IMG/VR virus record: IMGVR_UViG_3300039008_000325
Location: 49,372-113,371 of that record
Strand: one strand, 5' to 3'
DNA: 64,000 nucleotides
Source of the DNA: a virus
Lineage: Duplodnaviria > Heunggongvirae > Uroviricota > Caudoviricetes
Both the position numbers and the translations under genes were made by a program. A model generated the notes under the pieces. It searched no databases, was not told the origin of the DNA, and saw nothing but the letters and a program-made list of their open reading frames with translations. Within the stretch, counting starts at the first letter, position 1; each line of letters starts with the position of its first letter. Positions 54,196 to 64,000 of this stretch are shown here, one piece after another.

Positions 54196-54583
54196 GTATG
54201 ATCTTTTCTAGATCATCTACTTCCTTTCTGTCTATAATTATATTATTAGGTTTACCTTTGACAGTATACTTAACAAGTATTTCATCTTGACCGTGTGCAA
54301 TTAACGATTCAATTACAACACCTTCAGCTTTTTCTTTTATTTTTTGTTGAGCTTTTTGTTCTTCAATTCTTTTCTTAATAAATTTACTACAACAACTATA
54401 ACATTCTGATTCAAAAACATCATTAAATGTTCTAAATTTTTTAATACACATTGAAAGTGTAGGTGTTCCTTTACCTTTAATCTTTTGATAAATTGCATTA
54501 TCATAATTATCAATTTCTAATACAACAAAATTAACTGTATTATCATATAAATCTTTTGCAATAGCATAATATTTTTTACTCAT
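54182..54583 (-). CDS. hypothetical protein
   Basis: 133 aa minus strand, 14-nt tail overlap with GIY-YIG gene. Confidence 0.4.
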   Translation of the reverse strand: MSKKYYAIAKDLYDNTVNFVVLEIDNYDNAIYQKIKGKGTPTLSMCIKKFRTFNDVFESECYSCCSKFIKKRIEEQKAQQKIKEKAEGVVIESLIAHGQDEILVKYTVKGKPNNIIIDRKEVDDLEKIILTSL

Positions 54584-54643
54584 AACTTATCCTTCTAATC
54601 TTTCTTATATTATAGTATATTTTTCAACTATCATCAACTAAAA

Positions 54644-54663
54644 AATTATAAATAATTATATAA
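54644..54663 (+). promoter_or_regulatory. late promoter cassette followed by hairpin 54670-54697
   Basis: exact consensus; downstream AGATATAAATG-CGCTAA-CATTTATATCT stem-loop then AAGAAGGA SD. Confidence 0.6.
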
Positions 54664-54730
54664 AGCGAAAGATATAAATGCGCTAACATTTATATCTCTC
54701 TAACATCAATTAATAAGAAGGATTAATCGA

Positions 54731-55312
54731 ATGTCTATAATTATTTATAAAAAAGTGTGTACTAAATGCTCACTCGAAAAGAATATTAATGAATTTTATA
54801 AGGATAGTAGTAAATATGATGGCTATGCTTGTGCTTGTAAAGAATGTTGTATTAAACATCGTAATAAATACCGTAAAGAAAATAAATCTAAAATTAAAGA
54901 ATATTATCAAAATTATTACAAATCTAATAACTATAGTAAAGAATATTATAGGTTAAATAAAGATAAAATCAAGCAATATTATAAACATAAATATCACAAT
55001 AATATCAATAAGAGATTACATCATATTATTTCCGTAACATTAAATAATATGATAAACAAGAAATATGACACATCCAAATATTTAAAATTATTTGGATATA
55101 CGATAGAAGAGTTAAAGACTCATTTAGAAAAGAAATTTAAAGAGAATATGTCATGGGACAATTATGGAGAATGGCATATTGACCACATTAAACCTAAGAG
55201 TTGGTTTAGTGTTGACAGTGAACAAGAATTAAAAAAGTGTTGGAGTTTAGATAACTTACAACCTCTATGGGCTGATGAAAATTGGTCAAAAGGAAATAGA
55301 TATAAAGGATAA
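54731..55312 (+). CDS. HNH endonuclease with N-terminal zinc finger
   Basis: CTKCSLEK...CACKECC; GEWHIDHIKPKS...NLQPLWADENWSKGN. Confidence 0.8.
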   Translation: MSIIIYKKVCTKCSLEKNINEFYKDSSKYDGYACACKECCIKHRNKYRKENKSKIKEYYQNYYKSNNYSKEYYRLNKDKIKQYYKHKYHNNINKRLHHIISVTLNNMINKKYDTSKYLKLFGYTIEELKTHLEKKFKENMSWDNYGEWHIDHIKPKSWFSVDSEQELKKCWSLDNLQPLWADENWSKGNRYKG

Positions 55313-55318
55313 TATTTT

Positions 55319-58300
55319 ATGACTTATGAAAATAAATTCAATAAACCTCCATATTACGATGATTTCAATAAAGAAAAAAATTACGTAAAAATTCTTATAA
55401 AACCTGAAGTTTCTCTTCAAACAAGAGAACTTAATCAAATTCAAACAAACACTCAATGGCAAAATTCACAAATATATGATTATATTTTACCTAATACTAC
55501 GTTTGTTACAAATGGTGAATTAGATACATTTAGATGTGATTACGTTAAAATTGAACAAGTTGAATTTGATCATACTAATTATGAAGGTAATTATTTTGTA
55601 GATGTAGATGGATTAGTATCTAAATACATTACTGGTGCAAACAGTGATGGTGCAGATGTTACAAATACATTATATATTAACTATACAAATACTACTTCAA
55701 CTTCAACAAAATATACACAAAACACTGATATTACAAAATGTGCTGTATTAGATGTTATTAATATTTCAGGTGAATATGTAATTGGTGATGTTATTACAGG
55801 AAGTATTTCAGGTGCTCAAGCTACAGTTTACGCTACAGATTTTGTTAATAATCAAATACATATAACATATGTAGATGCTAGTAGATTTACTTTTAATGAA
55901 TCATTAATTGGTGCAAGTACAGGTTCATCAACGTTTGTAGAAGAAGTTGAAGAAGAAGAAACATTACATATTTATGATTCAGTAACAGTTGCAAATCCAA
56001 TAGGTTATGGAAGACTAGCTTCTTTAAGTTCAGGTGTTTACTATTATAATGGTTATTTTATTAATATACCTAGACAAATATCAGTTATTGAACATTATAA
56101 CTATATTAATGGCTATAAAATTGGTTTAACAATGGAAGAAAAAGTAATTACATCAAGTGATGATAGTACTTTACTTGATAATGCAGCTGGTTTTAGTAAT
56201 GAAAATGCTCCAGGTGCTGATAGATATCAAATTAGTGGTATATTAAGTAGTGTTGGTTTATTTGCTGAAACACCAGAAAATTTCTTCACATTAGTTAAAA
56301 TTAATAACAATGAACTAATTAAAGATATTAATCAAGAGCAAACAAGTCTTGATAGAAGATTAGCTGATAGAACATATGAAGAAAGTGGTAACTATATCTT
56401 AAATGAACCAAAATATAACATATTTGATTTCGGCGATGTATATACTCCAGATGATTATAAGTTTACAACACAAGCTCAAGCATTAAATTTTGCAAATGAA
56501 AAATTTGGTATTGATGGTGCATTCTCATCAGGTGGTTTCTGGTATCCATGTAACACACAAAATGAATTAGATGAAAATGTTGAATCTCACTATATCATTC
56601 AATTTGAACCTAATATTGCTTATATTAAAGGTTATAGATATGAATATGAAACATTACAAGAAATAATTTGTGATAAAACTAGAGATTCTAGAACAAATAA
56701 CAATATTACATCTATTAAAGAAACATCTCCATATGTAAAGGTATCACCTATTACAAACTTACCAGATATCTCAAACTTAGAAGAGTTAGATATATTAGAT
56801 GGTACTGATACTGTTATCGGAAAGATGAGAGTTGTTAATTTTGATAAAGAATCAACTTATTATAGAGTTTACTTTATTGAACATTCACTTAATCCAGGTA
56901 AAGAATTTGCCGTAGATGCTAAAAAATTAAGCGGAACAAATTTTGAAGGTACATTATTAATAGAAAACGATGTAGCTGTTCTTTATAACACAAACACAAA
57001 TCTATTAATAGAAACACAATTTAACTCAGTTAGATCAATTTCTGATTTATCAATTAATGTTAAAAAATATGTTACTGGTACAACAGATGGTTCTGGTACA
57101 ATATCATTTAATGCTGAAGCAAATGAAGCATTCTTACCATATAATGATGTATATTATACATTAACAGATCAAAGTGGTAATGTAGTTGATATTTCAGGTT
57201 CATTCAATTTAGCAAACCCTACTTTAACTTTAACATTAGGTGGTGCTTATGCTAATCAAGATATTGAATTTATCTATACTGTATTAGTTACAAATCCAAT
57301 ACAAAGAAATAAAACGTTAGTTGCTGATTATAATCAAGCTGTTGCTTCACCAGCAAATGAGATTGATTTAGATCATATCGATATATTTAGAATTAAAGGT
57401 ATCTATGATTCAGGTGATACTGGTACTCCAGCAACAATAAGTGATACAAATGTTACTAATAACTATATACTAAACACTGGTCAAAGAGACTTATTCTATG
57501 ATTTTGGATCAATTACATTAAAAGATGGTTATAATGAACCTACAGGTCAATTATTAATTGTTTATGATCACTTTACACACAGTAATGGAGATTATTTCTC
57601 AATATCTAGTTATAGTGTTGATTATGTTGATATTCCAACTTATACAGGTACTGAAAAAACATATGATTTAACAGATTGTTTAGATTTTAGACAAATTAAA
57701 ACAGGTTCAGGTTTTGATGTTGCAGGTAAATCAGCAAACATATTGAATAATACAATTACACAATATGATGTTGAATATTATTTACCTAGAAAAGATCACA
57801 TTATAATTAACTCATTAGGTGATTTAAATATTAAATATGGATATCCAAATGAAACATCTAAATACCCAATTATAAATAACAATAATATACTAATATTTAA
57901 GTTAGATTTACAACCATATGTAAAAACAATTAAAGATGTAAATGTAATTCCAGTATTCAAAAGAAGATATACAATGGAACAAATTGGTGAATTAGAATCA
58001 AGAATTAGATTCTTAGAAGATTATATCAAAAATATTTCATCAAATACATCTTCTGATGATGCAAATATCAATAGTATCTTTACAGATGATTTCACTAAAT
58101 TATCTGGAGATATTGAAAACAAAGATTATAAAGCATCTGTTGATTTATATAATAACATATTAAGAGCTTATTCAGATACATATAGTTGTTCTTCTGAAGT
58201 AGAAAGTCAAAACAATGTAGTTGTAAATAATAATATCGTAAGTTTACCATTTACAGAAGCTACATACGTTACAACAGATACTCCAAATACATCTCTTAAA

Positions 58301-58477
58301 ATATTAGTAAGTGATAAAGATAAAAATAACATCTATTTTCATATTGATACAGATACAATCACTAATTTTGATTTAGATAAACAATTTAAAGATAACACAA
58401 ATAACACAGATATAAGTGATAATAACTTTATATATAACAGTCCATTAAATAACTGGATAGGAAACGAAGATGAATAA
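55319..58477 (+). CDS. large virion structural protein (baseplate wedge or fibre component)
   Basis: 1052 aa; contains VIGDVITGSISGAQATV module related to sheath insertion repeat. Confidence 0.55.
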   Translation: MTYENKFNKPPYYDDFNKEKNYVKILIKPEVSLQTRELNQIQTNTQWQNSQIYDYILPNTTFVTNGELDTFRCDYVKIEQVEFDHTNYEGNYFVDVDGLVSKYITGANSDGADVTNTLYINYTNTTSTSTKYTQNTDITKCAVLDVINISGEYVIGDVITGSISGAQATVYATDFVNNQIHITYVDASRFTFNESLIGASTGSSTFVEEVEEEETLHIYDSVTVANPIGYGRLASLSSGVYYYNGYFINIPRQISVIEHYNYINGYKIGLTMEEKVITSSDDSTLLDNAAGFSNENAPGADRYQISGILSSVGLFAETPENFFTLVKINNNELIKDINQEQTSLDRRLADRTYEESGNYILNEPKYNIFDFGDVYTPDDYKFTTQAQALNFANEKFGIDGAFSSGGFWYPCNTQNELDENVESHYIIQFEPNIAYIKGYRYEYETLQEIICDKTRDSRTNNNITSIKETSPYVKVSPITNLPDISNLEELDILDGTDTVIGKMRVVNFDKESTYYRVYFIEHSLNPGKEFAVDAKKLSGTNFEGTLLIENDVAVLYNTNTNLLIETQFNSVRSISDLSINVKKYVTGTTDGSGTISFNAEANEAFLPYNDVYYTLTDQSGNVVDISGSFNLANPTLTLTLGGAYANQDIEFIYTVLVTNPIQRNKTLVADYNQAVASPANEIDLDHIDIFRIKGIYDSGDTGTPATISDTNVTNNYILNTGQRDLFYDFGSITLKDGYNEPTGQLLIVYDHFTHSNGDYFSISSYSVDYVDIPTYTGTEKTYDLTDCLDFRQIKTGSGFDVAGKSANILNNTITQYDVEYYLPRKDHIIINSLGDLNIKYGYPNETSKYPIINNNNILIFKLDLQPYVKTIKDVNVIPVFKRRYTMEQIGELESRIRFLEDYIKNISSNTSSDDANINSIFTDDFTKLSGDIENKDYKASVDLYNNILRAYSDTYSCSSEVESQNNVVVNNNIVSLPFTEATYVTTDTPNTSLKILVSDKDKNNIYFHIDTDTITNFDLDKQFKDNTNNTDISDNNFIYNSPLNNWIGNEDE

Positions 58478-60146
58478 AAAGATTGATAACAATTATAAAC
58501 CATATAGCTCACCAATTTCAACGGCAGTGAGTGTTAGTAATTTGAAACCTAATAAAGTTTATTATGTTTATATAGATAATAATCTGCTACAAGGTCAAGA
58601 TTTTGTAGCAGATGCTGAAGGTAAGTTCAGTGGTACATTCCATACTGATGCACTTTTAGCAGGTATACATACATTGATGATTGCTGATAGTGATATATTA
58701 GTAAATATTGATTGGAAAATGGAATCAAAAATTAATGTTTCTAATGATCCATCAACTAATGCTTCACAATTAGTGTTAAAAGCTAATAATGTTTCTAATG
58801 AAACACAAGGTATATTTCAATCATTCTTTATAAACAATAACTCAGGTATATTTATTAATAAAATAGGTTTATTCTTTAAAAATAAACCAAATAAAGGTGT
58901 TAGAGTTGACATTAGATTAATTGAAAATGGTGAAGTTACAGGTTACATCGTACCTTCTACAATTAAAAATATTGACGTTGTTGATATTAATGTTGAAACA
59001 GAAACAGTGGTTGAATTTGATTACCCTATTCAATTAAGTGGTAACACTGAATATTGTTTACATGTTTTAACAGAAGACAGTAATTGTGAATTACTTGCAC
59101 AAGATTACGGTATTATTGAAACATCAGAAACTATTTCTTCTAATTTAAAGAAAGAAAAACCTCAAGCAATTGGTTCATTATATTATTTTAATAAAAAATG
59201 GGAAAAAATATCAACTCAATCAATTTCATTTAAGATTTATCAATGTGTATTTAATACATCAGTTAACGGTGAAGTTAATTTAAATATCATAAATGATAAT
59301 ATTAAAACATTAAAATATAACCCATTATATAGTACTAATGGTTCAAATGTACTAACAGTATATGACGTATCTAATTTCAACGTAAATGACACTATTTATA
59401 TTCAAGGTACAGGTGTTACAGAGATTGATGCTGAACACATCGTTACAGCTGTAGGTGATGGTTATATTGAAACTGATAACTATATAGATGGTACTCAACA
59501 ACCTTTACCAAACTTCACAAAAACAGAATTCTTTGGTGGTACAAATGTTACTACAAATAATAACCTATCATTTGACAGATGTATTTTAAATATGAATGAT
59601 ATGGAGTTAGATAATACAGATGTTAAATATACAATTAACACAACTCCAATCGATAGAGTTATTAATACAAATTATGAATCAGTTTATAATAAAAAATTAA
59701 ACGAATTTGAAAACAAAAAAATTATATTAGATGATTATAATAAAGGTTCAAATGAATACTTTAAAGTTAAATATGACATATCTTCAAATGATACTAATAT
59801 TTCACCTTTATTAGATCTTAATAATATCAATGTATTTTTAATTAATGATAGTACAAATTCAAGTAGTTATCTATCAAAACCTATTACGTCAAGTGTTGCA
59901 GTTAATAGAGTTCAAGTTATATTTGAAACAATTAGAACACTTGATGCAGACTTCAGTGTATTTTTAATTTTAGATGGTGTTGAATATGAAATAACATCAA
60001 ATAAATACTCATTATCTAATGAATGGATTAATTTTAATTATACATATCAAGGTGTTAGTTTTAGTGAATGTCAATTAAAAATTACATTTGATACAGCTAA
60101 ATCAGCACAAATAAGAAATTTAAGAATTAAACTATTAAACAGTTAA
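58470..60146 (+). CDS. virion structural protein (tail fibre/baseplate)
   Basis: 558 aa, 8-nt overlap with upstream gene (translational coupling). Confidence 0.5.
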   Translation: MNKKIDNNYKPYSSPISTAVSVSNLKPNKVYYVYIDNNLLQGQDFVADAEGKFSGTFHTDALLAGIHTLMIADSDILVNIDWKMESKINVSNDPSTNASQLVLKANNVSNETQGIFQSFFINNNSGIFINKIGLFFKNKPNKGVRVDIRLIENGEVTGYIVPSTIKNIDVVDINVETETVVEFDYPIQLSGNTEYCLHVLTEDSNCELLAQDYGIIETSETISSNLKKEKPQAIGSLYYFNKKWEKISTQSISFKIYQCVFNTSVNGEVNLNIINDNIKTLKYNPLYSTNGSNVLTVYDVSNFNVNDTIYIQGTGVTEIDAEHIVTAVGDGYIETDNYIDGTQQPLPNFTKTEFFGGTNVTTNNNLSFDRCILNMNDMELDNTDVKYTINTTPIDRVINTNYESVYNKKLNEFENKKIILDDYNKGSNEYFKVKYDISSNDTNISPLLDLNNINVFLINDSTNSSSYLSKPITSSVAVNRVQVIFETIRTLDADFSVFLILDGVEYEITSNKYSLSNEWINFNYTYQGVSFSECQLKITFDTAKSAQIRNLRIKLLNS

Positions 60147-60156
60147 GGAAATAACA

Positions 60157-63100
60157 ATGACATTAAATTTAAATGAAGTTCAATTAACAGATCAAGTTAA
60201 TGTATTAAGAAATCGTGTAAATGATTTAATTATTAACTTGAACAACGGTTATAATTCTATAGCTGTTATAGCTTCAGAAGCATCGCTACCATTAGTAGCA
60301 GAAAGAGAAAGTGATTTCTATTTAATTAGAGAACATACAGTAACTAAACAACCTGCAGTTGCGTACGTTGTTGATACTGCATGGTTCTTTGACACAATAG
60401 AAAAATATCCATATTTAACAGCTCAATATAAACCTGTAGATGCATCTCTTATTGGTTCTGGAGTAATAACAAATAAAGTAGTATTTAAATCAGCAACAAC
60501 AGGTAAATGGGAACTTGCTAGTGGAACAGTAGATGATAAAAACCCAATGGCAATAGTAGGTATTGATAATAACTTAGTATTTTCTGGAATGTATTATAGT
60601 TCATCATTAAGTTTAACACCAGGTTCAAGATACTACTGTGATAATGTTGGTCAATTAACAACTACAGCAAATAATTATTATGTTGGTACAGCTGTTGATA
60701 CTAAAAACATTTTACTAGATGGTTTTGGCTATAAATATGAAAAAGTAAACGCTTTAGAAACAGAATTAGATAATCACGTTCAAAACTTATCTAACCCTCA
60801 CGCAACTAAAGCTGAAAATCTTTTATCAGATTCAACTAATGTAAATTACGTTTTAAAACCAAATGGTATTGGTGGATGTCAATGGCAACCAGTTAATTCA
60901 AGTGAATCAATGATAGGTGGTTTATTACCAAAATGGTATAATGCTTCATTACAATCATATACACCTGGTAATATATTTAGTGTAATTAGTCAAGACACGT
61001 TATCATTAAGTTCATTAAAAACAGGATTAGAACTATCATATACAGATAATATTACAATGCAATTATCTAATGGTTCAGCTATATTCTTAAATAATCAATT
61101 AATTAATGCACAAACAATTACTACAGAAGATTTTACACTATTTGGTAATGGTAAATTATTATTAAAACCTACATGTGTAGATTTATATGAAGGAATTACT
61201 TGGACAGATAATACAGAAGGTGATTGGACTGTTTCTTCTAGTGATAGAGCTGATGATATTTATGAAGTTATGAACGGTACTAACCTTAGTACGTCTATTA
61301 CTGCACCTTCAAAAAATTATTGGATACAAGGACAAACAACAGGTTCTGCAGTTACATTATGTAAATATGCAATTAGAGCTGATAGTAATAGTGGTGTTGA
61401 ACATCCAATTGATTGGACATTTGAAGGAAGTAGTAATGGTATTGATTGGACAGTTTTAGATTCTAGAGTAAATGAAGACTTTACTTCTGGTCAAGAAAGA
61501 GAATATGAATTTGAACCTCAAGGTGCATTTACTTATTGGAGATTAAATGTTTCTAATACAGTAATTGCTAGTAATACTGCTGAACTTAGAAAATTAACTA
61601 TTTACGATTTAAAAGGTTCTTTAACTAGTACTTCTATAGATGCTTTTATAGTTTATGATGATACAGATCCTTCAGTTTATAATTATTTATTAACTAATGA
61701 TCCAGAATGGGCTATTGTTCAAACTGAATTAAACGGTTATACAGATTATTTTAAATTGAATTCAGAAGCAATTACAACAGATGTTAATGGTGATTTAGAA
61801 GTATTTACAACTAAAAATATGCCAGATGATTGGTCTAAAGAAAATGAAATGTATATAAATGGACCAACTAAAGGTGGAACATTATTCTGGGGTGATTATG
61901 ACTATTTAAATGCTATTGATTCAAGACAAACTAAAGAAAAATATTATGATAATGGTATATATACTACAGATACTTCAGATGTAGATGATTACCCTGGTTA
62001 TCACGTATTTGATAACACACCAAGTACAAAATGGATATCAATGCAAAATATTTTATTATTACAACACACTTCACGTTTTAGTACACCTACGTATAGAGTA
62101 GATACTAACTCTATCGACTATGATGGAACTGATGATTTATCAGCATTTGAACTTTATAATAATGATTTATCTACAGCAGATGATTTTAGATATCATATAA
62201 GAATTAATTTCGATGCATTAAATAGAAATGCTGGATTCTCTTCTAACGGTAGTGATGGTGTAGAATGTTTACAATTATGGATGATGTCTGATAATAGATT
62301 AAAAATACACTTATCATCAAATGGTACATCATGGGATATTGCAGAGATAGAAGGTACTAAAAATGATTGGGTTACTGGAGTAGATTATGATTTTAGAATT
62401 TGGAAAGATACACCTAATGATAAATGGATTGTAGATTGGTCAGATGATGGTAAAGATATTGATGATATTACTAAAATATGGACAGTAGAATTTGATATTA
62501 CTAATTCAAACAATTTATTTAACCCTACAACTGATAGATTCTTCACTCTTGGTGGTGACTTATATGGTGCAAATTATCATTTAAATGGTAAAGTTAGATT
62601 AAATAATACAGGAATGTATGCTAATGGTGCTTGGATATTACAACCTGTTCCAGATGCTGACATTAAACCAACTGCTTATATTGGTAGAAAAAATAGTGAT
62701 AAAGAAGTTAATAGTGTTAAAATGATATCAGCTAATGATACCAGCACTAGAGACCCTATTTCATTTGAAGTTTTATCTACATCAGATGAAGTATTAAAAC
62801 AAACTAAGAAAGGTTTATATAATTTTAATATTGATGAAGAGGGTAATGTTGATAGATGTTGGAGTACACCAAATGAAATTTTAAATCCTTCTACACCTTA
62901 TTTTGTTACAAAATTATTTAATGAAACAAATAAAAGTGCTGATGACTGTTTCTTTGGTTCAACATTAGATTTAGATGACAATCCATTCTTTGTTGGTAGA
63001 GAAAATAAAACTGGTCAATCAATTAAATTCTTAGAATTGTGGAGTAGAAATAGTTCAATTACAGCTACACCAGCAGATTGGGAAGTGGTATATACTACAG

Positions 63101-64000
63101 ATAATATTGCAGATACAGAAGAAATTGCTAATAATATTACTTATTATAATTCAGAAGCTAATTTTATTGATAATGTAAAGGGTGAATATTATTATGATAC
63201 AAGTACTAATTTTAGTGATACTTCATATAATTATTTATCTCAAAATCTATTTAATAAGATTATGGCACATGCTGGAGATGCTTGGGAATCTTCATTATAT
63301 CCAAGTGGATTACCATTAGTAAATCCTGTTCATGTTGGTAGAAAGAATAATACAAATTATGAATTGAATGCAGTTACTATTACAACATCTTCTGCTACTA
63401 ATTATCATTGTCCAACTAAATTTGATATTGTTTATACTTTAGATAATATTGGATTCCAAGAAAATGATACTCCTAAATTAAGTGAATGTTGGTCAACAGG
63501 TGATCTTAACACAACTTATTCTAAAGATAAAGCTTTTGCTTTAAGAAATATTAATCTAAATGAAGGTTGGTTAGCTCCTAATAAAACTGAAGTTCATTTA
63601 GTTGGTAGAGTTAATACATCTGGTGCTGCAATTGAAATGATTCAATTAGAAACTAGAAATGATGGAACTAATGTTACATATCCTACTGATATTGATATTG
63701 TTTATACAACAGATCCAATTGCAGATGGTGCAACTGGTAATGATATTAGAAATCTTAACTTTACAACTGTTTGGACAGGAACTACAAGTTTTACCGGTTC
63801 TAAACAATTAGAAGATTTCACTCTTACTACACCAATTCCAGCTGGAGCAAAATATTTCTTAAGAATTAATGCAACAGGTGGTTCTACCTCTAATACAGGT
63901 ATTGGTGTTATGAGACCTATTCCAAGATTAGATAATAAATCTATGGTTACAGCTTATACAACTGAAGCTTCAGGATTTACAGGTAGTTCTCAAGAAAGAA
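60157..64000 (+). CDS. giant tail-fibre/receptor-binding-like protein, partial (open to window end)
   Basis: ATG 60157 after AAGGAAATAACA. No stop in 1281 codons. C-terminal tandem repeats with (F/Y)(I/V)GR(K/E)N ... (I/V)VYTTD signatures. Confidence 0.55.
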   Translation, partial: MTLNLNEVQLTDQVNVLRNRVNDLIINLNNGYNSIAVIASEASLPLVAERESDFYLIREHTVTKQPAVAYVVDTAWFFDTIEKYPYLTAQYKPVDASLIGSGVITNKVVFKSATTGKWELASGTVDDKNPMAIVGIDNNLVFSGMYYSSSLSLTPGSRYYCDNVGQLTTTANNYYVGTAVDTKNILLDGFGYKYEKVNALETELDNHVQNLSNPHATKAENLLSDSTNVNYVLKPNGIGGCQWQPVNSSESMIGGLLPKWYNASLQSYTPGNIFSVISQDTLSLSSLKTGLELSYTDNITMQLSNGSAIFLNNQLINAQTITTEDFTLFGNGKLLLKPTCVDLYEGITWTDNTEGDWTVSSSDRADDIYEVMNGTNLSTSITAPSKNYWIQGQTTGSAVTLCKYAIRADSNSGVEHPIDWTFEGSSNGIDWTVLDSRVNEDFTSGQEREYEFEPQGAFTYWRLNVSNTVIASNTAELRKLTIYDLKGSLTSTSIDAFIVYDDTDPSVYNYLLTNDPEWAIVQTELNGYTDYFKLNSEAITTDVNGDLEVFTTKNMPDDWSKENEMYINGPTKGGTLFWGDYDYLNAIDSRQTKEKYYDNGIYTTDTSDVDDYPGYHVFDNTPSTKWISMQNILLLQHTSRFSTPTYRVDTNSIDYDGTDDLSAFELYNNDLSTADDFRYHIRINFDALNRNAGFSSNGSDGVECLQLWMMSDNRLKIHLSSNGTSWDIAEIEGTKNDWVTGVDYDFRIWKDTPNDKWIVDWSDDGKDIDDITKIWTVEFDITNSNNLFNPTTDRFFTLGGDLYGANYHLNGKVRLNNTGMYANGAWILQPVPDADIKPTAYIGRKNSDKEVNSVKMISANDTSTRDPISFEVLSTSDEVLKQTKKGLYNFNIDEEGNVDRCWSTPNEILNPSTPYFVTKLFNETNKSADDCFFGSTLDLDDNPFFVGRENKTGQSIKFLELWSRNSSITATPADWEVVYTTDNIADTEEIANNITYYNSEANFIDNVKGEYYYDTSTNFSDTSYNYLSQNLFNKIMAHAGDAWESSLYPSGLPLVNPVHVGRKNNTNYELNAVTITTSSATNYHCPTKFDIVYTLDNIGFQENDTPKLSECWSTGDLNTTYSKDKAFALRNINLNEGWLAPNKTEVHLVGRVNTSGAAIEMIQLETRNDGTNVTYPTDIDIVYTTDPIADGATGNDIRNLNFTTVWTGTTSFTGSKQLEDFTLTTPIPAGAKYFLRINATGGSTSNTGIGVMRPIPRLDNKSMVTAYTTEASGFTGSSQER

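Noticed and set aside
8801-54663. Possibility that the repeated 20-nt element is a CRISPR array or terminal repeat
   Set aside because: Copies are 0.5-9 kb apart, not regularly spaced, and each lies 16-30 nt upstream of an ATG with an SD; this is a promoter, not CRISPR.
54668-54697. Hairpin downstream of promoter 54644 as a translational sequestration element like 15215-15267
   Set aside because: The SD (AAGAAGGA at 54712-54719) and ATG lie outside the stem, so it does not sequester the RBS; noted only as a feature comment.
7952-58521. Many 60-110-aa minus-strand ORFs (7952, 16225, 16965, 18697, 19854, 23540, 24077, 26476, 31061, 31206, 37184, 39077, 40147, 41604, 42108, 43708, 46914, 48077, 48898, 53915, 58339) and plus-strand 18629 and 43134
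   Set aside because: All are embedded antisense or out of frame inside well-supported genes or tRNAs. They have Phe/Leu/Ile/Ser-rich low-complexity translations expected from a 23% GC genome and lack SD sequences.

Overview
This window is a 64-kb segment of a very AT-rich (about 22-25% GC) T4-like myovirus genome, read directly from the sequence. T4 core genes are recognisable by their motifs and order: portal gp20, tail tube gp19, tail sheath gp18, prohead protease gp21, scaffold gp22, major capsid gp23, large terminase gp17, dNMP kinase gp1, a gp55-like late sigma factor, UvsW-like and Dda-like helicases, and NrdG/NrdD. Almost all genes are on the + strand, with a minus-strand replication/transcription block at the left end. 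A 20-nt late-promoter cassette, AATTATAAATAATTATATAA, contains the T4 late -10 box TATAAATA. It recurs about 19 times in front of structural genes and of seven homing-endonuclease genes (five HNH-type, two GIY-YIG). Between 15.0 and 20.9 kb lies an array of 20 tRNA genes. The array is interrupted by HNH endonuclease genes flanked by 5' tRNA fragments. It is also interleaved with three paralogous small acidic proteins sharing the N-terminus MKKRLGFVSNSSSSSF. Downstream is an RNA-repair and nucleotide-metabolism cluster: DNA ligase, dNMP kinase, an SPFH protein, a YqeY/GatB-like protein, RtcB RNA ligase, NDK, and a minus-strand HD-domain polynucleotide kinase. A lysis cassette follows: M15 peptidase, a holin-like protein, and o-spanin and i-spanin candidates, which implies a Gram-negative host. 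The right end carries large baseplate/fibre genes with tandem lectin-like repeats. A 1.1-kb ORF-free, relatively GC-rich region at 3.65-4.75 kb carries phased TTATGCT iterons and TATAAATA boxes. Intrinsic terminators are clear, including two bidirectional ones built on the same GTTAAC-TTAATT-GTTAAC scaffold.
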